Below, in pieces: positions 1 through 12,862 of a DNA stretch of 64,000 bases; position 1 is the first letter of the stretch; every line of letters starts with the position of its first letter. Source of the DNA: Octopus vulgaris (lineage: Eukaryota); assembly GCA_951406725.2 (NCBI GenBank), contig OX597837.1, positions 43,648,001 to 43,712,000 of the forward strand, in the 5' to 3' direction. The notes beneath the pieces were generated by a model. That model worked only from the letters and a program-made list of their open reading frames with translations. It was not told the origin of the DNA and did no database searches. Position numbers and translations under genes: made by a program.

Positions 1-102
1 ACCACTATTAGGCAAATCAAACAATGAAAGACTTAAGCCAATACATATGATTAATTTATATTATTTAAATATGTAACAATTATTAAAAAATATAATTAAT
101 AT

Positions 103-165
103 CCACTACGATCGTTTCCTGTCTGCTGTCATCAATTTTTTGAGTCGCAGTCATTCATCAGGTGG
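103..165 (-). ncRNA. Type-I hammerhead ribozyme motif (Penelope-like-element type)
   Basis: Minus strand reads ccac-CUGAUGA-(a ugacugc...gcagaca g)-GAAA-cgaucg-UA-gugg. It has a 4-bp stem I, an intact core, a palindromic stem III (ACGAUCGU) and a GUA cleavage triplet; stem II is imperfect. Confidence 0.7.
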
Positions 166-653
166 TTTCAAAATCTAAAATATAATCAATATTTTTAAGA
201 TATAAATAATATATATAATCTAAAATAATAATTTACTTATAATAAACTCTATTATTAAATATGATTATATCGAAATCGACTATAATGTTAAATATTAACT
301 TTAATTTATAAGGTAGAAAACCCATATTCTAATATCAATATTAGTCTATATCTAATTACATAAATATTTAAAATGACTAATATATATAAATTATCAATGA
401 AAATATATATAAATATTATAATCAAGATCTAAAATAATCTCTATAAACAATTGTATATAATAAAAACCTAATATATTTAATTTTTCATAAACTAACTTAA
501 ACTGACTTTCGAAATCTTATGTAAAATACTTATAGAAATATTCAATTCTTAGTAATATAGTATTAAATAAATACTATAAGTACTATAAACATAATTATGA
601 ATTATATATATATACATACACACACACGCACGCACACACGCGCACACACACAC

Positions 654-723
<70 letters not shown>

Positions 724-1061
724 GTGTGTGCGTGTGTGCATGCGTGTGTGTGTATGTACATATATATATAATTATAATAAGGGCATAGAAAGAAACCAAT
801 GCTGAGAAAAAGGCGCTAAATCGTATCACCACTCAAGAAGTCACAAACACGTGTTGAATTCGAAACAACAAGCCAACGGTAATTACTGTTAAAACAGATA
901 GCCCTGTATCAGCTAACTTCCGGACCTGCCCAATAGTGTTTCTGCCTTCAGCAGGACATACATAGAGAATAAATGAAATATTTATACATACCCACAGGAA
1001 AGCAAAGTTCAAAGCCGCAAATACACGTAAATACCCCAGTTATCTTGGAAAAAATTTCGTA

Positions 1062-1718
1062 GCCGGCATTTCAATTCGAAAATTTTCCAGAAAATTGATC
1101 AATAATTAATAATAATATCAAAGGGTAATCAGAAATATTTGAAATTTCCATTACCAATGGCCTAGCGTGTAAACAGTTTAGTCAATAGACTATATGTTAT
1201 TCATATAAATACAGTGTACATTTAAACACATAAGAGGTATCAGTCATTGGATTCCTTGCACGCTAGAGAGAACAGTTAAATTCCAAACCACTATTAAAGA
1301 TAAAATTTCAGATATTTCTGATTATCCTTTGATATTATTAATTATTGATAAGTTTTCTGGAAAATTTTCGAATTGAAAAGCCGGCATTTTATTTATTGCC
1401 AACAAGGAGCTGCGCTTGCGCGGTGAATTTGAAAAATTACAATGTATAAGCACGAGGCATATACTGGATTGCCTAGTGTATATATATTTAATCTAAGGTG
1501 TACCTGCTGAAGAAAACTTCGCATAGCGAATTATTTTATTCGATAAAAAATATCTGAAACCATTGGTCCAGGAGTTAGATGGTAAATGATTTTATTTTTC
1601 AATCCTTTCGAAATTTTATCCCCAATAGTGGTTTGGAATTTAACTGTCCTCTCTAGCGTGCAAGGAATCATATGATGGATACCTCTTATGTGTTTAAATG
1701 TACATTGTATTTATATGA

Positions 1719-1721
<3 letters not shown>
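1062..1721. repeat. Two interleaved inverted-repeat pairs (A 1062-1147 / A' 1303-1385; B 1198-1295 / B' 1624-1721)
   Basis: Reverse-complement matches read directly, e.g. tcgaaaattttccagaaaa vs ttttctggaaaattttcga, and ttccttgcacgctagagag vs ctctctagcgtgcaaggaa. Confidence 0.9.
1503..1572 (+). ncRNA. Type-I hammerhead ribozyme motif
   Basis: ccug-CUGAAGA-(42-nt stem II region, poorly paired)-GAAA-ccauugg-UC-cagg. It has a 4-bp stem I, a near-palindromic stem III and a GUC triplet. Confidence 0.6.
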
Positions 1722-1786
<65 letters not shown>

Positions 1787-1917
1787 TCCGTATATATTCT
1801 ACCAACAGAATATGTACCATGTTTAAAACAAAATGTACTGGGGCCGATCAGTACGATCCCAAATTTTTAAAGACAGCGCTTCAATATGACTGCTGTCTAA
1901 ACAAGTGTGTGTGTATG

Positions 1918-2011
<94 letters not shown>

Positions 2012-2086
2012 TATGTATGAAATACACACATATATGGGATATACACATATTATCCATCTATGTATTCCTCTCTCTCTCGTTGTATG

Positions 2087-2130
<44 letters not shown>

Positions 2131-2688
2131 CATATGTATATACATAAGTACGTATATGTATATGTATATTAAGGAGCGTGCGCCCTTATGTAAACTTGTG
2201 CATATGGGTCTTGAGTTGTCCTCTTTGTGTTTCTACGTGAACTTTTATAGGCGATGATAATAAACCCATTTCAACTGTCATTCAAAAGTACAAAGAACCA
2301 GTCACGATGACATCGCGAGAATATAAGCTGTTATAACAACAGTCATTTTCAGCCTCATGAATATTCATAAGATATTTTGACTGTCTCCCATTGGTTGATT
2401 TGTTTCTAAAGAAACTTTATAGCAACAGTCACATCCTTGTATTTGCATGTGTCAAAGATATATAGATTTAAAGGTACGTGTGTGTGTGTGTGTAAGTATA
2501 TATATATACATCCAATTGTATATATAAAAAGCCTTTACTTTTTTGATTTACAATGTGCATTTTCACTTATTTTTCTTCATACATTCCCCTTACATTTCCA
2601 CGTGTAGTTTCAATGTTCTTTTTGCAATATATTTATATTATATGATATATATATATATATATATATATATACACTCACACACATACAT

Positions 2689-2845
2689 GACAGATTTCAA
2701 CACAGTTTCCGTCTAACGAATTCACTCATAGGACATTGGCCGGTCGGGAGCAGTAGAAAACCTTACTCGAAGCACTGGACAGTGGAACTGAACCCCAGAC
2801 CACATGGTTACAAAGCAAGCTTCTTATCCACTGTCATACCCTCGC
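2689..2845 (-). mobile_element. SINE family A, degraded 5' part
   Basis: Reverse-complement similarity to the head of the 5663 copy (cagtggaactgaaccc, accacatggtt). Confidence 0.7.
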
Positions 2846-3349
2846 TTTATGCATCAAAAGCCAAAAAAAAAAAGAAAGAAATGTATTTGTCTCCATGACA
2901 AAACACAATGAGTGGCATGTGTATGGGTTCGAACCTGCCACTCACATATTCAAACTAGTAATAACATTGCATTTATACATATCACGGCTTCGTGCTCTCA
3001 CCTCGCAAAAGTATTAATATTGATGTGACTGACAGACAGACAAACAGAAAAAGAGAAAGAAAACTTATGTGAATAAGATCGAGCGCGTACGTGTGTTTGT
3101 ACGTGTGTGTGTGTTCATGTGTGTGCTCCCCTGAATGAATGTATAAAAATATCTCGGAGAAATCGCAATTCTGCTAATGACTGTCCTTTTCCTAATATAG
3201 ATAATTAGAAAAAGTAATTCGAAGTTCTAACCGTACACAGAGACACACACACTATTACACATATAAACACACCTCAGCACAAAACACACACGCACACACA
3301 CTCGTGCACAGACACACCTACATACGCACGCACTGTATCAATCTGCGCT

Positions 3350-3580
3350 GGATATACTTGGAGATAACATCAAATGACATAGATATGTCGATAAAACGGT
3401 CCTTGGAATACTAATTTACAAGGTCACAGCGATCGGTAGTGAATCTGGGGAAAATCTGAAGAAAATGTAAAGACAAGATGCATGGTTTTAATAAGGTCTG
3501 GTATGGAATATTAACGTTATCCAATATATTGACTAATGGACGAATTTAACGTATTTTTTCGGTGTATTTAGGAATGTGAA
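3350..3580 (+). pseudogene. Decayed RTE-like reverse transcriptase fragment
   Basis: Translates with stops and frameshifts to GDNIK*HRYVDKTVL ... NVKTRCMV ... VYLG, resembling RTE GxNINNLRYADDTVL / KTKxMV / YLG. Confidence 0.5.
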
Positions 3581-3681
3581 AATCTAGAAGATAAATCGTT
3601 ACAAACGTAGATAGACAGACAAGAGACAGATGCAGAGACTGATTGGAAAATGGATGGATAATAGACAACAATCTATACAGC

Positions 3682-3760
<79 letters not shown>

Positions 3761-3807
3761 CACCTATATACCTATATGAATGCTTGTATGTATGTATGTA
3801 TATATAT

Positions 3808-3980
3808 ATAGTTAATCCAAACACGAACAAAGAGAAAACACAACAACACGAGGACGTGGAACAAGTATAGTGTTATTGAAGGCTCAGGAAAGGAAAGAAA
3901 GAAGGAGGATTTAACGTTTCGAGCGGAGCTCTTCATCAGAAATATAGAAAAAAGGAAAGGTCCAAGGAAGGGAAGACGGT
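3808..3980 (-). mobile_element. Short (TA)n-flanked repeat carrying a minimal hammerhead (putative non-autonomous Penelope-like element)
   Basis: Homologous by eye to 42950-43125 (opposite strand) and related to 5370-5565; contains the hammerhead at 3909-3943. Confidence 0.6.
3909..3943 (-). ncRNA. Minimal type-I hammerhead ribozyme motif
   Basis: auuu-CUGAUGA-A-gagc-ucc-gcuc-GAAA-cg-UU-aaau. Stems I and II are perfect, there is an extra A after A9, and stem III is the palindrome AACGUU. Confidence 0.8.
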
Positions 3981-4657
3981 TTGTATTTATATATATATAA
4001 TTAGAGAGAGGAAGTAAGGGAGAGAGAATGAGAGGAGAGGGAGAGTATTTTTTATGAAAGCTGAGCAGGGCGTTTATCTGAAGACTCAGGTTTCGCGCCA
4101 TATACATCCGTATTACAGGTGGAGTAGGTAAATATACATTTATGCTGCTGAACCCACATTGGTCATCTACGACAGATGAAGGGACCACAGTTTCTTGATG
4201 GAGGACATGCACCAACGTCTTGTTTAATTTAATAAAATGTTTCTGGTGTACATTAGCTTACTCCTTCCATCCTATCGACATTGCCTCAACAGGTGCACGG
4301 TATGCTACATATCAGATATCGAAACGAAGTGTTTTGCTGAAGGACAAAACGCCTCAACCGCTCCGAGAAACGAAACAAAGATCTTTCGAGCAACACCCGA
4401 ACAACTATGTCACGTGCTCTCACTGGCTACCTACCTCTCTCACTATCTCACTATATATATATATATATAATCAAAATAAGCAACAAGTACATTCAAGGTA
4501 GAGTAGTACAATGGTTTTCTGCTACTTCATTTTAATAAAATGAAGTGCTTATTATGATTATAATCACCCCATTTGATTTATATGGATAAAACCATACAAC
4601 ATTCTGGTGCCTTTAACTTAAGTACCACATTCATCTGAATCGAAATTTTGCTAAACT

Positions 4658-4706
<49 letters not shown>

Positions 4707-4715
4707 ATATATCTA

Positions 4716-4775
<60 letters not shown>

Positions 4776-4855
4776 TACATTCACATAGGTACGCACACAC
4801 ACATATATATATTTAGAGAGAGGGGAGAGAAAGCGGGATGGCTCGATAGACAGAA

Positions 4856-4892
<37 letters not shown>

Positions 4893-5467
4893 CATATATG
4901 TGTGTGTATGTGTATGAGAAACAGAGCAGCACTTACACACATCCGCGCGCGCATACACACACACACGCCATACATTTCAATATATTTGCCCTGCATCCTA
5001 TGTATACAGGTTCTTTGTCTTGAAATTTCTCGTCAACAAATCCTTCCTGCATGAATTCCTAACGTTTACATCGTTTCCATAAAGCAACAGAAACCATTTC
5101 AAACACATATCCTTATAAACAACACATACACAACCTTACATCGCAACCCTCATAGTATTTTTGTTTTTTGTTTTTTTGCTTTTCTGCACACTTTTAATTT
5201 AATTCTCAATCTGATTATATTCACGCGTGCATGCACGCTTTTACGTATACGAAATTAAAAAGACAAAAGAAAATGAAATTATGTTACGACCATCATTACC
5301 TTCTATGCTGTTTCTGTTGTGATCACCCTATAACTTCATAGGAACTTCAGTCATGAAGTGTTATATATATAGGGAGAATTCGCAAAATTCGAAAAAACAA
5401 AAGACGAAGACAGGTAGTTTAGACAACAAACAGATGTATTAGTATAACGCTCGGGAAGTGAAAAAGT

Positions 5468-5503
5468 CTTTAACGTTTCGAGCCTACGCTCTTCCACAGA
5501 AAG
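5468..5503 (-). ncRNA. Minimal hammerhead variant with CUGUGGA core, inside a short repeat (5370-5565)
   Basis: cuuu-CUGUGGA-A-gagc-guag-gcuc-GAAA-cg-UU-aaag. Same architecture as 3909-3943, with a compensatory change in stem I. Confidence 0.65.
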
Positions 5504-5662
5504 GAACACAGAAAGAAACAAGGAGAGAAAATAGAGAATGTGCAGTGGCTAGTGATCTATCATAGATATACATAATAGAAATATGCTTTAAAAAGAAAAT
5601 AGAAACTACACGTGGAAAAGATATGGGGAAAGTAAGAAGAAAAAGTGAAAATTCACATAATA

Positions 5663-5827
5663 GGCGCAGGAGTGGCGGTGTGGTAAGTAGCTTGCTAACC
5701 AACCACATGGTTCCGGGTTCAGTCCCACTGCATGGCATCTTGGGAAAGTGTCTTCTGCTATAGCCCCGGGCCGACCAAAGCCTTGTGAGTGGATTTGATA
5801 GACGGAAACTGAAAGAAACCTGTCGTA

Positions 5828-5872
<45 letters not shown>

Positions 5873-6083
5873 TTGTGTGTCTGTGTTTGTCCCCCTAGCA
5901 TTGCTTGACAACCGATGCTGGTGTGTTTACGTCCCCGTCACTTAGCGGTTCGGCAAAAGAGACCGATAGAATAAGTACTGTGCTTACAAAGAATAAGTCC
6001 CGGGGTCGATTTGCTCGACTAAAGGTGGTGCTGCAGCATGGCCACAGTCAAATGACTGAAACAAGTAAAAGAGTAAAAGAGTA
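5663..6083 (+). mobile_element. SINE family A, full length (tRNA-like head, internal TA/TG microsatellite, GTAAAAGA tail)
   Basis: A-box-like gtggcggtgtggt and B-box-like ggttcagtccc; near-identical to the copies at 11676, 20339 and 45035. Confidence 0.9.
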
Positions 6084-6264
6084 TAATATAAAAAAAAGGT
6101 TTTTTATGAAAAGTAACGATAAATAAATACAATTAGATAAACTGAGATAAAATTAAGAGGAATTAAAGTAATTATTTTGAATTGTTAAAGAGATTCAAAG
6201 TCAGATCGGTATCGTCATTGCTGTTCACTGGCTTTGGATGCGCACCCTTATATATATATATATA

Positions 6265-6530
6265 TGCAGGCACTCAATATCCTTCTAAAATTCGCGGGAG
6301 GCCTGCATGATGTGGCTGTGGGTGTCTTCATAACAAAACTGGACCCCCTCCTCTCAAGGGTTCTAGATGAGCCTACGTTACAGCAGGAAACACAGATGAG
6401 GGCGGCAGCATCAAACTCCATCATTCACAAAATGCCCCAAGTCAGAAGTTTCAAATAATGAAGGTGTAGCAAAGCGAACAGCAGGGCTCCAGCATGACCT
6501 CAGCTTTCAAACTGAAACTAGTTAAAGAGG
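6265..6530 (+). mobile_element. CR1/L2-like LINE 3' end (ORF2 C-terminus plus 3' UTR)
   Basis: LNILLK...VFITKLDPLLSRVLDEPT...RAAASNS resembles the FKxKLDxFLxxIPDEP C-terminus; the tail gctccagcatgacctcag...ctgaaactagttaaagag matches the SINE A tail. Confidence 0.7.
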
Positions 6531-6784
6531 TAACGAGTACATGTATGTACATGAATACATGGCTGTGTGTGAGCGTAAGAATTGTTGCTTGCATATAGAA
6601 CGAGAGAGAGAGAAAAATAGAGAGAGGGAGAGAATAAGGAATAAAGAGATACCTTCACCTGGTTTAATCTTATACAGCCATATATGCATATTTACTTTCA
6701 TAAATACATCAGCATAAACACCTACGCATATATCTGTATCAATATCAATATCAATATCTATATCTATATCTATCTATCTATCTG

Positions 6785-6906
<122 letters not shown>

Positions 6907-7276
6907 CATACATACATACATACATACATACATACAAACATACATACATATATGCAAACATACATAAATACATATATATATATATATACATTAATATATA
7001 TGTATGTATATGAACATACAAACATACATATATACACACACACATATATATATATACATAAATACATACATATGTACATTTATATGCGCGCACATACTCA
7101 CAGAGACAGGCCCATATACAAATGTATTCGCATGTAGAAGCATACCATTCTATTTGTATATTTATGCGTATTAAATATATTTATAACATATACGCGTGTA
7201 AATATATATGAGCATATATATACATACACGCATATATATATACCCACATACATTTACACATGTATATGCATGCGTG

Positions 7277-7320
<44 letters not shown>

Positions 7321-7479
7321 GTATGGATGTATGTATGTATGTACGTATGCCTGTATGTATGCATGTACGTTGTTAGGAAGTTAATTTTTTACGGATATAG
7401 ATTATCTTTCATTATCCAAACATGGCTCCTCTGTCTTCTTCGAAACCATTTCCTAAATAAAAAAAAGAAATGGCAAATA

Positions 7480-7515
7480 TAATAATAATAATAATAACAA
7501 TAATAATAATAATTC

Positions 7516-7557
<42 letters not shown>

Positions 7558-7593
7558 TAATAATAATAATTCTAATAATAATAATAATAATTC

Positions 7594-7647
<54 letters not shown>

Positions 7648-7662
7648 TAATAATAATAATTC

Positions 7663-7719
<57 letters not shown>

Positions 7720-7722
7720 TAA
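7480..7722. repeat. (AAT)n microsatellite
   Basis: Direct reading. Confidence 0.95.
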
Positions 7723-7879
7723 AATATGAGAAATGATGTCGTGAAAATAAGGAAGAAGAATGGCGTCGAAGGTCTTGACTATTTATTATTTTCTTTCAAC
7801 TTGTTTAAACAATTGAAAGTGAGAACCGCTCATTAACTTTCAGCATCACCATCTCCAAGGGCAAAGTTGTCTCTGACAC

Positions 7880-8435
7880 CAACGCCGTTGCCGCCACTGC
7901 TGCCGATGTTGGTGCCACCACCACTACTGCCACTACCACAACCAATGCTACTACCACCACCACCACTCCTGTCATCAATATTGTTATCGTTTTCGGCATC
8001 ATCGTCTCCACCGTGGTTGGTTTCAGGATCGTCGTTATGATCGTTGACATTATAATCCTCATCACCAGCATCAGCATCAGCATCAGCATCATCATCACCG
8101 TCACCATAAACGCCATCATTCATGTGCACCACCCTAATCGTCATTGTTATTATTGTCCTCCCTTTCCCCATCATCTCCCTCTTCCTCATGATCATCATCA
8201 TCAGCACCAGCACCACCACCATCACCACACCACCACCACTCTACCACCACTCTACCACCACTCCACCACCACTCCCCCACCACCATCACCACACCACCAT
8301 CACCACTGATACCACCACCACCACTCCACCGCTCCACCACCACTCTACCGCTGTTCCACCACTACTCCACTACCATTCCGCCACCACCCCACCACTCCAC
8401 CACTCTACCGTCGTTCCACCACCACTCCCCCACCG
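7880..8435. repeat. Degenerate (CAC/CAT)n low-complexity tract
   Basis: Direct reading. Confidence 0.9.
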
Positions 8436-9162
8436 TCAGGACTATCGCTAATAACTCTACAACTCTCTTCAAATCAAATCCGTCCATTTTCAACGACACT
8501 TCTACCTAACGCAACCATAATCACCAATACTTCACCCCCCGAAATACCACTGGTACCAATACTACTATCTGTACTGGCATCGTAACGACATTCTTGGGTA
8601 GAATCTCGGCGCCGACGAAACCTAATTCGCTAATCTACCCCGAACGATTTACCGATCGGAAACTACTTTGGATAAGTCCCAGATGCCCTTGGTCCTATAG
8701 AGCTACCAAGGGATGCTCCCAGTTTGCGACAAAATCTACAGCAACGGTTTTCAGTCAGGAGTCTTTATGACTACTGAGGCGTCCATATAAGATTTTGTTA
8801 TTAAAATAATGGCCTACAAAAAACGTGGTATGAAAAAAACTCAAGAAGGAGTCAGCGAGAATGAAGATAGCGAAATCCTGTTGGATGGAATGATTCAGAG
8901 CGATCTTCTGGATCAGATCGGAAACTGGTCATTGTGGTGGTGGGGAAAAAACAATACAACATGCATGATAATCGATATAGCATAACTAGACATACGAATA
9001 CTTTAGGAATCAATGAATATATTGCCCACTTGCAATATATATCGAGTACAGAGTACACGGTATAATCAATTGGAGGTGTTCCTCTGGGTTAAAATAGCAG
9101 TGTTCGCGGTTCTTAGGGAAAAACCGTGATTAGCTGGTGTTAAACATTACTTTATATATATC

Positions 9163-9243
<81 letters not shown>

Positions 9244-9284
9244 ATGTATGTATGTATGTATGTATGTATGTGTATATGTATATA

Positions 9285-9452
9285 CGAGGGGTTACCCAAA
9301 AGAAACCGAATTTTGCAATATTATTTTATTCACTTAGTCTTACATGTGTACGTTTTATCGCCTTCAAAGTATTCTCCATTCAAAGCAATGCATCGGTCCG
9401 GACGCGTTTTCCACTGTTCGAAGCAGTTAGCCAGTTGCAAGTTCAGCACCTG
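9285..9452 (-). mobile_element. Mariner transposon 3' end with terminal inverted repeat
   Basis: TA|CGAGGGGTTACCCAAAAG terminus; minus strand translates to NCFEQWKTRPDRCIALNGEYFEGDK, a mariner transposase C-terminal motif. Confidence 0.8.
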
Positions 9453-10642
9453 AGTACTGAGAACCTTTAGTAAGGGACAAACGCGATAATGCTGATGGCA
9501 CTACGCAAATCACCAGGTTTTGAATAGCAAATGGAAATATTGCAAAATGCATTCATTGAAGAATAAGCTTAATCGGAGGCTCTAACAATAGGAATGCTTC
9601 TGCACATTACGTCTCTACTTTTGAAGCCGACTTCAATGATGTACTATAACACATGTGGTATATTCCAAGAGTCTTATCTACATGGGCAGGGAACTTTGTC
9701 TCATGTGTATCAGGTTATAAATGGTCAACAGGACCACACATCTCTGCATTAAGCAAACTGTTCCTACAGACATCAATCGAAGCGGTCAAGTCTGTCCAAA
9801 TTCTTTAACCCACATTGTATCTTTTGTCTTTAACGACAAATATCGTTTTCCCGTCATGCATAAAGATAACTTCGCCATTGTCATTCATGGTGTAGTAAGT
9901 CTCAATACAGTACAGATCACTGATGAATCCTAATTTAGAAATGGAAGGATAAAGTTCGACAATATTGATTAAATTTATACTCACGTTACAAATAAAGAAA
10001 CTGATTAAGATTATTACGATTTAAAGAAACTAATTACGATTAAAACTATTGTTCCATCATCAATTTTGTATTTAGTGGGTCGGGTCTTGTAATTAAACAG
10101 ATCTTGCTCTTACCAACATTCATTAATCTACATTTTGGATTAGAGACGAATTACTTGGAGTAATCTTGAAGGGTGATGTACGACTTTCGTTTAGCTATAT
10201 ATTCTAATCTAATATAGTGTTTTAGCTGGCTATAACATATGCATCATTATTTATGTAATTAGATACATGTAAATTGGGTTTTATATGGATTCTGGCAGCG
10301 TTATTAGATGAAAATTAATTGCTTGTGCTTACTTCATATTTTTCGATTTCTCGGAGGATATGAATATCTTGTTATATTACTTAATATTCTTAATTGCAGG
10401 AATACTATCATCTTTACAAACGTTGTTGTACTTACGCAAAATTACCTTTCAGTTTATGATGTACAAAAGATAAAATTCGAAAGTTTTTAGGTTTCTTAAA
10501 TCGTTGGATCAAGCAACAGATTTTATACTGACAGTCATTTGTTCTTGAAAAATGGAAAAGTTTGACCATCTCATTCTATTTATAGAATTTGCATTTTTTT
10601 CAGGGATAACTTTACTGTAGTTCTTAGTTGATGATACAATAA

Positions 10643-10958
10643 AACGATAAACGTCGGCCTTTTCAAGCCTAGCCAGGCTCATGGGCCCGGTTTCCCGGTT
10701 TCTGTGGCGTATGTGTTCTCCCTAGCTGAACGGGACGCCAGTCCATCGCAGCGTTACTCAAGAAACAGGAAGAGAGAGTGAGAGAAAGTGTGGCGAAAAA
10801 GTACAACAGGGGTCGCCATCACCACCCTGCCGGAGCCTCGTGGAGCTTTTAGGTGTTTTCACTCAATAAACACACAACAACGCCCGGTCTGGGAATCGAA
10901 ACCGCAATCCTCCGACCGCGAGTCTGCTGCCCTAACCACTGGGCCATTGCGCCTCGAC
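10643..10958 (-). mobile_element. SINE family C (tRNA-Arg-like head; OR1/OR2-like), with TSD
   Basis: Head gaggcgcaatggcccagtggttagggcagc...ggtttcgattccc; 13-bp TSD tgatgatacaata at 10630 and 10959. Confidence 0.9.
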
Positions 10959-11675
10959 TGATGATACAATACTTTAATTAAATTTCTTTCTTCAGGAATT
11001 CAGAAAAATGGAGTGTTATTAAACTATACAATTATATTTGGATAATAAGGACAGCAAAATTAAATTCGATAAAGACAGGAAAACATCTTGAAAGATAAGC
11101 GGGACGAGAGCTTACCACTCCAGTAACACAGAAAATTCATTGTCTACATGTCAGATACTGAGATCCGAGATTTTCAAAAAATGCAGACGTTTCTGAAAAT
11201 ATTTTTAGAAAATTAGTAAAACACAAGGTTACCATATCAAAGTGATGTTGCCACGCAGTCACGTATTTAAAAAAAATATACGCACATCTATAAACATATC
11301 TGATTATAAAAAGCAGATTATAATAAAATCTTTCTAGGTATAAAATATAGACTTACATATCTTATTTTAGATAATTAATTGGCTTCTTAGAAACAAATTT
11401 CATATCCACTTATATTCTAAGCACATGAGAAACCATAAGTTGATATTATGAAACCATATTCTGTATTTTTCTTTGGTTTCAAATCCATCTGATAATTGTT
11501 TTACACAATGGATTTGATCTAGACAAGTGTGTATATTCCACTGCCGTTTATGTATACATATATATCTATTCTATACGTACATGTGAATGTGTGTATATTT
11601 TCACCCACGCGTCGAAAATGAAGCATCACCGAAATATTTTGCAGATTTTTATGTATATGTTGATGTATGTATCTA

Positions 11676-11844
11676 GGCGCAGGAGTGGCTGTGTGGTAAG
11701 TAGCTTGCTACCCAACCACATGGTTTCGGGTCTAGTCCCACTGCGTGGCATCTTGGGCAAGTGTCTTCTGCTATAGCCCCGGGCCGACCAATCCCTTGTG
11801 AGTGGATTTGGTAGATGGAAACTGAAAGAAGCCCTGTCGTATAT

Positions 11845-11908
<64 letters not shown>

Positions 11909-12130
11909 ATGTTTGTGTGTCTGTGTTTGTCCCCCTAGCATTGCTTGACAACCGATGCTGATGTGTTTACGTCCCCGTCACTTAGCGGTTCGGCAAAAAG
12001 AGACCGATAGAATAAGTACTGGGCTTACAAAAGAATAAGTCCCGGGGTCGAGTTGCTCGATTAAAGGCGGTGCTCCAGCATGGCCGCAGTCTGAAATGAC
12101 TGAAACAAGTAAAAGAGTAATGAGTAAAAG
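11676..12130 (+). mobile_element. SINE family A, full length
   Basis: Near-identical to the 5663 copy. Confidence 0.9.
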
Positions 12131-12580
12131 TGTATGGATGTATATCTTACTTCGATTTCATTTCAAAGCGGTGTTTCGCTGAGGAGTAAATGTGAAAGAG
12201 AAGAATGAAAGAAAATCTGACTGAACGAACGTCGGGTCATGACATTATGATGGAATTCTAAAAGTTAAGCAAATCGGTTGAGATAAGTAACTGAATTCAA
12301 GAGAGAGAAATACGTTAAAAAATCATGTAGATCCGAATCCGTACAAAGCGTTTTATAACAATGGGTTGTTGAAACGGTGTCGCTGAGAATATGGCTGAGG
12401 AAGGGAGGGAAGGGGGAAGGAAGAGGATCAGCGACAGCAATGGTAGCACAGAAAAAAGGATATAGCGGGGGGGGGAAGGCGGGAGAGAGGAAGAGAGATA
12501 AGGAAATAATGAGAGTGAAATGGAATCTCAGTAATATATGACAGACATCGTTTATGTGTGTGCGTAGATATATGTGTATG

Positions 12581-12611
<31 letters not shown>

Positions 12612-12712
12612 CGCATTCAAACGTGAGTGCGTTTGCGTTTGCATCTAAACTATATATATGTGTGTGTATGTTTATATGTGTATGTACATATATATATATA
12701 TATGCGTGTATG

Positions 12713-12719
<7 letters not shown>

Positions 12720-12758
<39 letters not shown>

Positions 12759-12798
12759 CAGAAGAAGAAGAAGGAGAAGAACATCAACAACAACAGCA

Positions 12799-12862
<64 letters not shown>

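Noticed and set aside
5606-5911. Recurrent ORFs MSSNARGTNTDTQT... and ...DPERMKGKVDLGGI
   Set aside because: They are antisense translations of SINE families A and B, not genes.
8889-8933. Hammerhead (cgauc/gaucg stem, GAAACUGGUC)
   Set aside because: The 3' half fits but there is no CUGANGA-like strand, so it cannot be supported.
9640-9700. RT-like motif TCGIFQESYL
   Set aside because: Only a single weak motif, with no downstream xADD in a plausible position.
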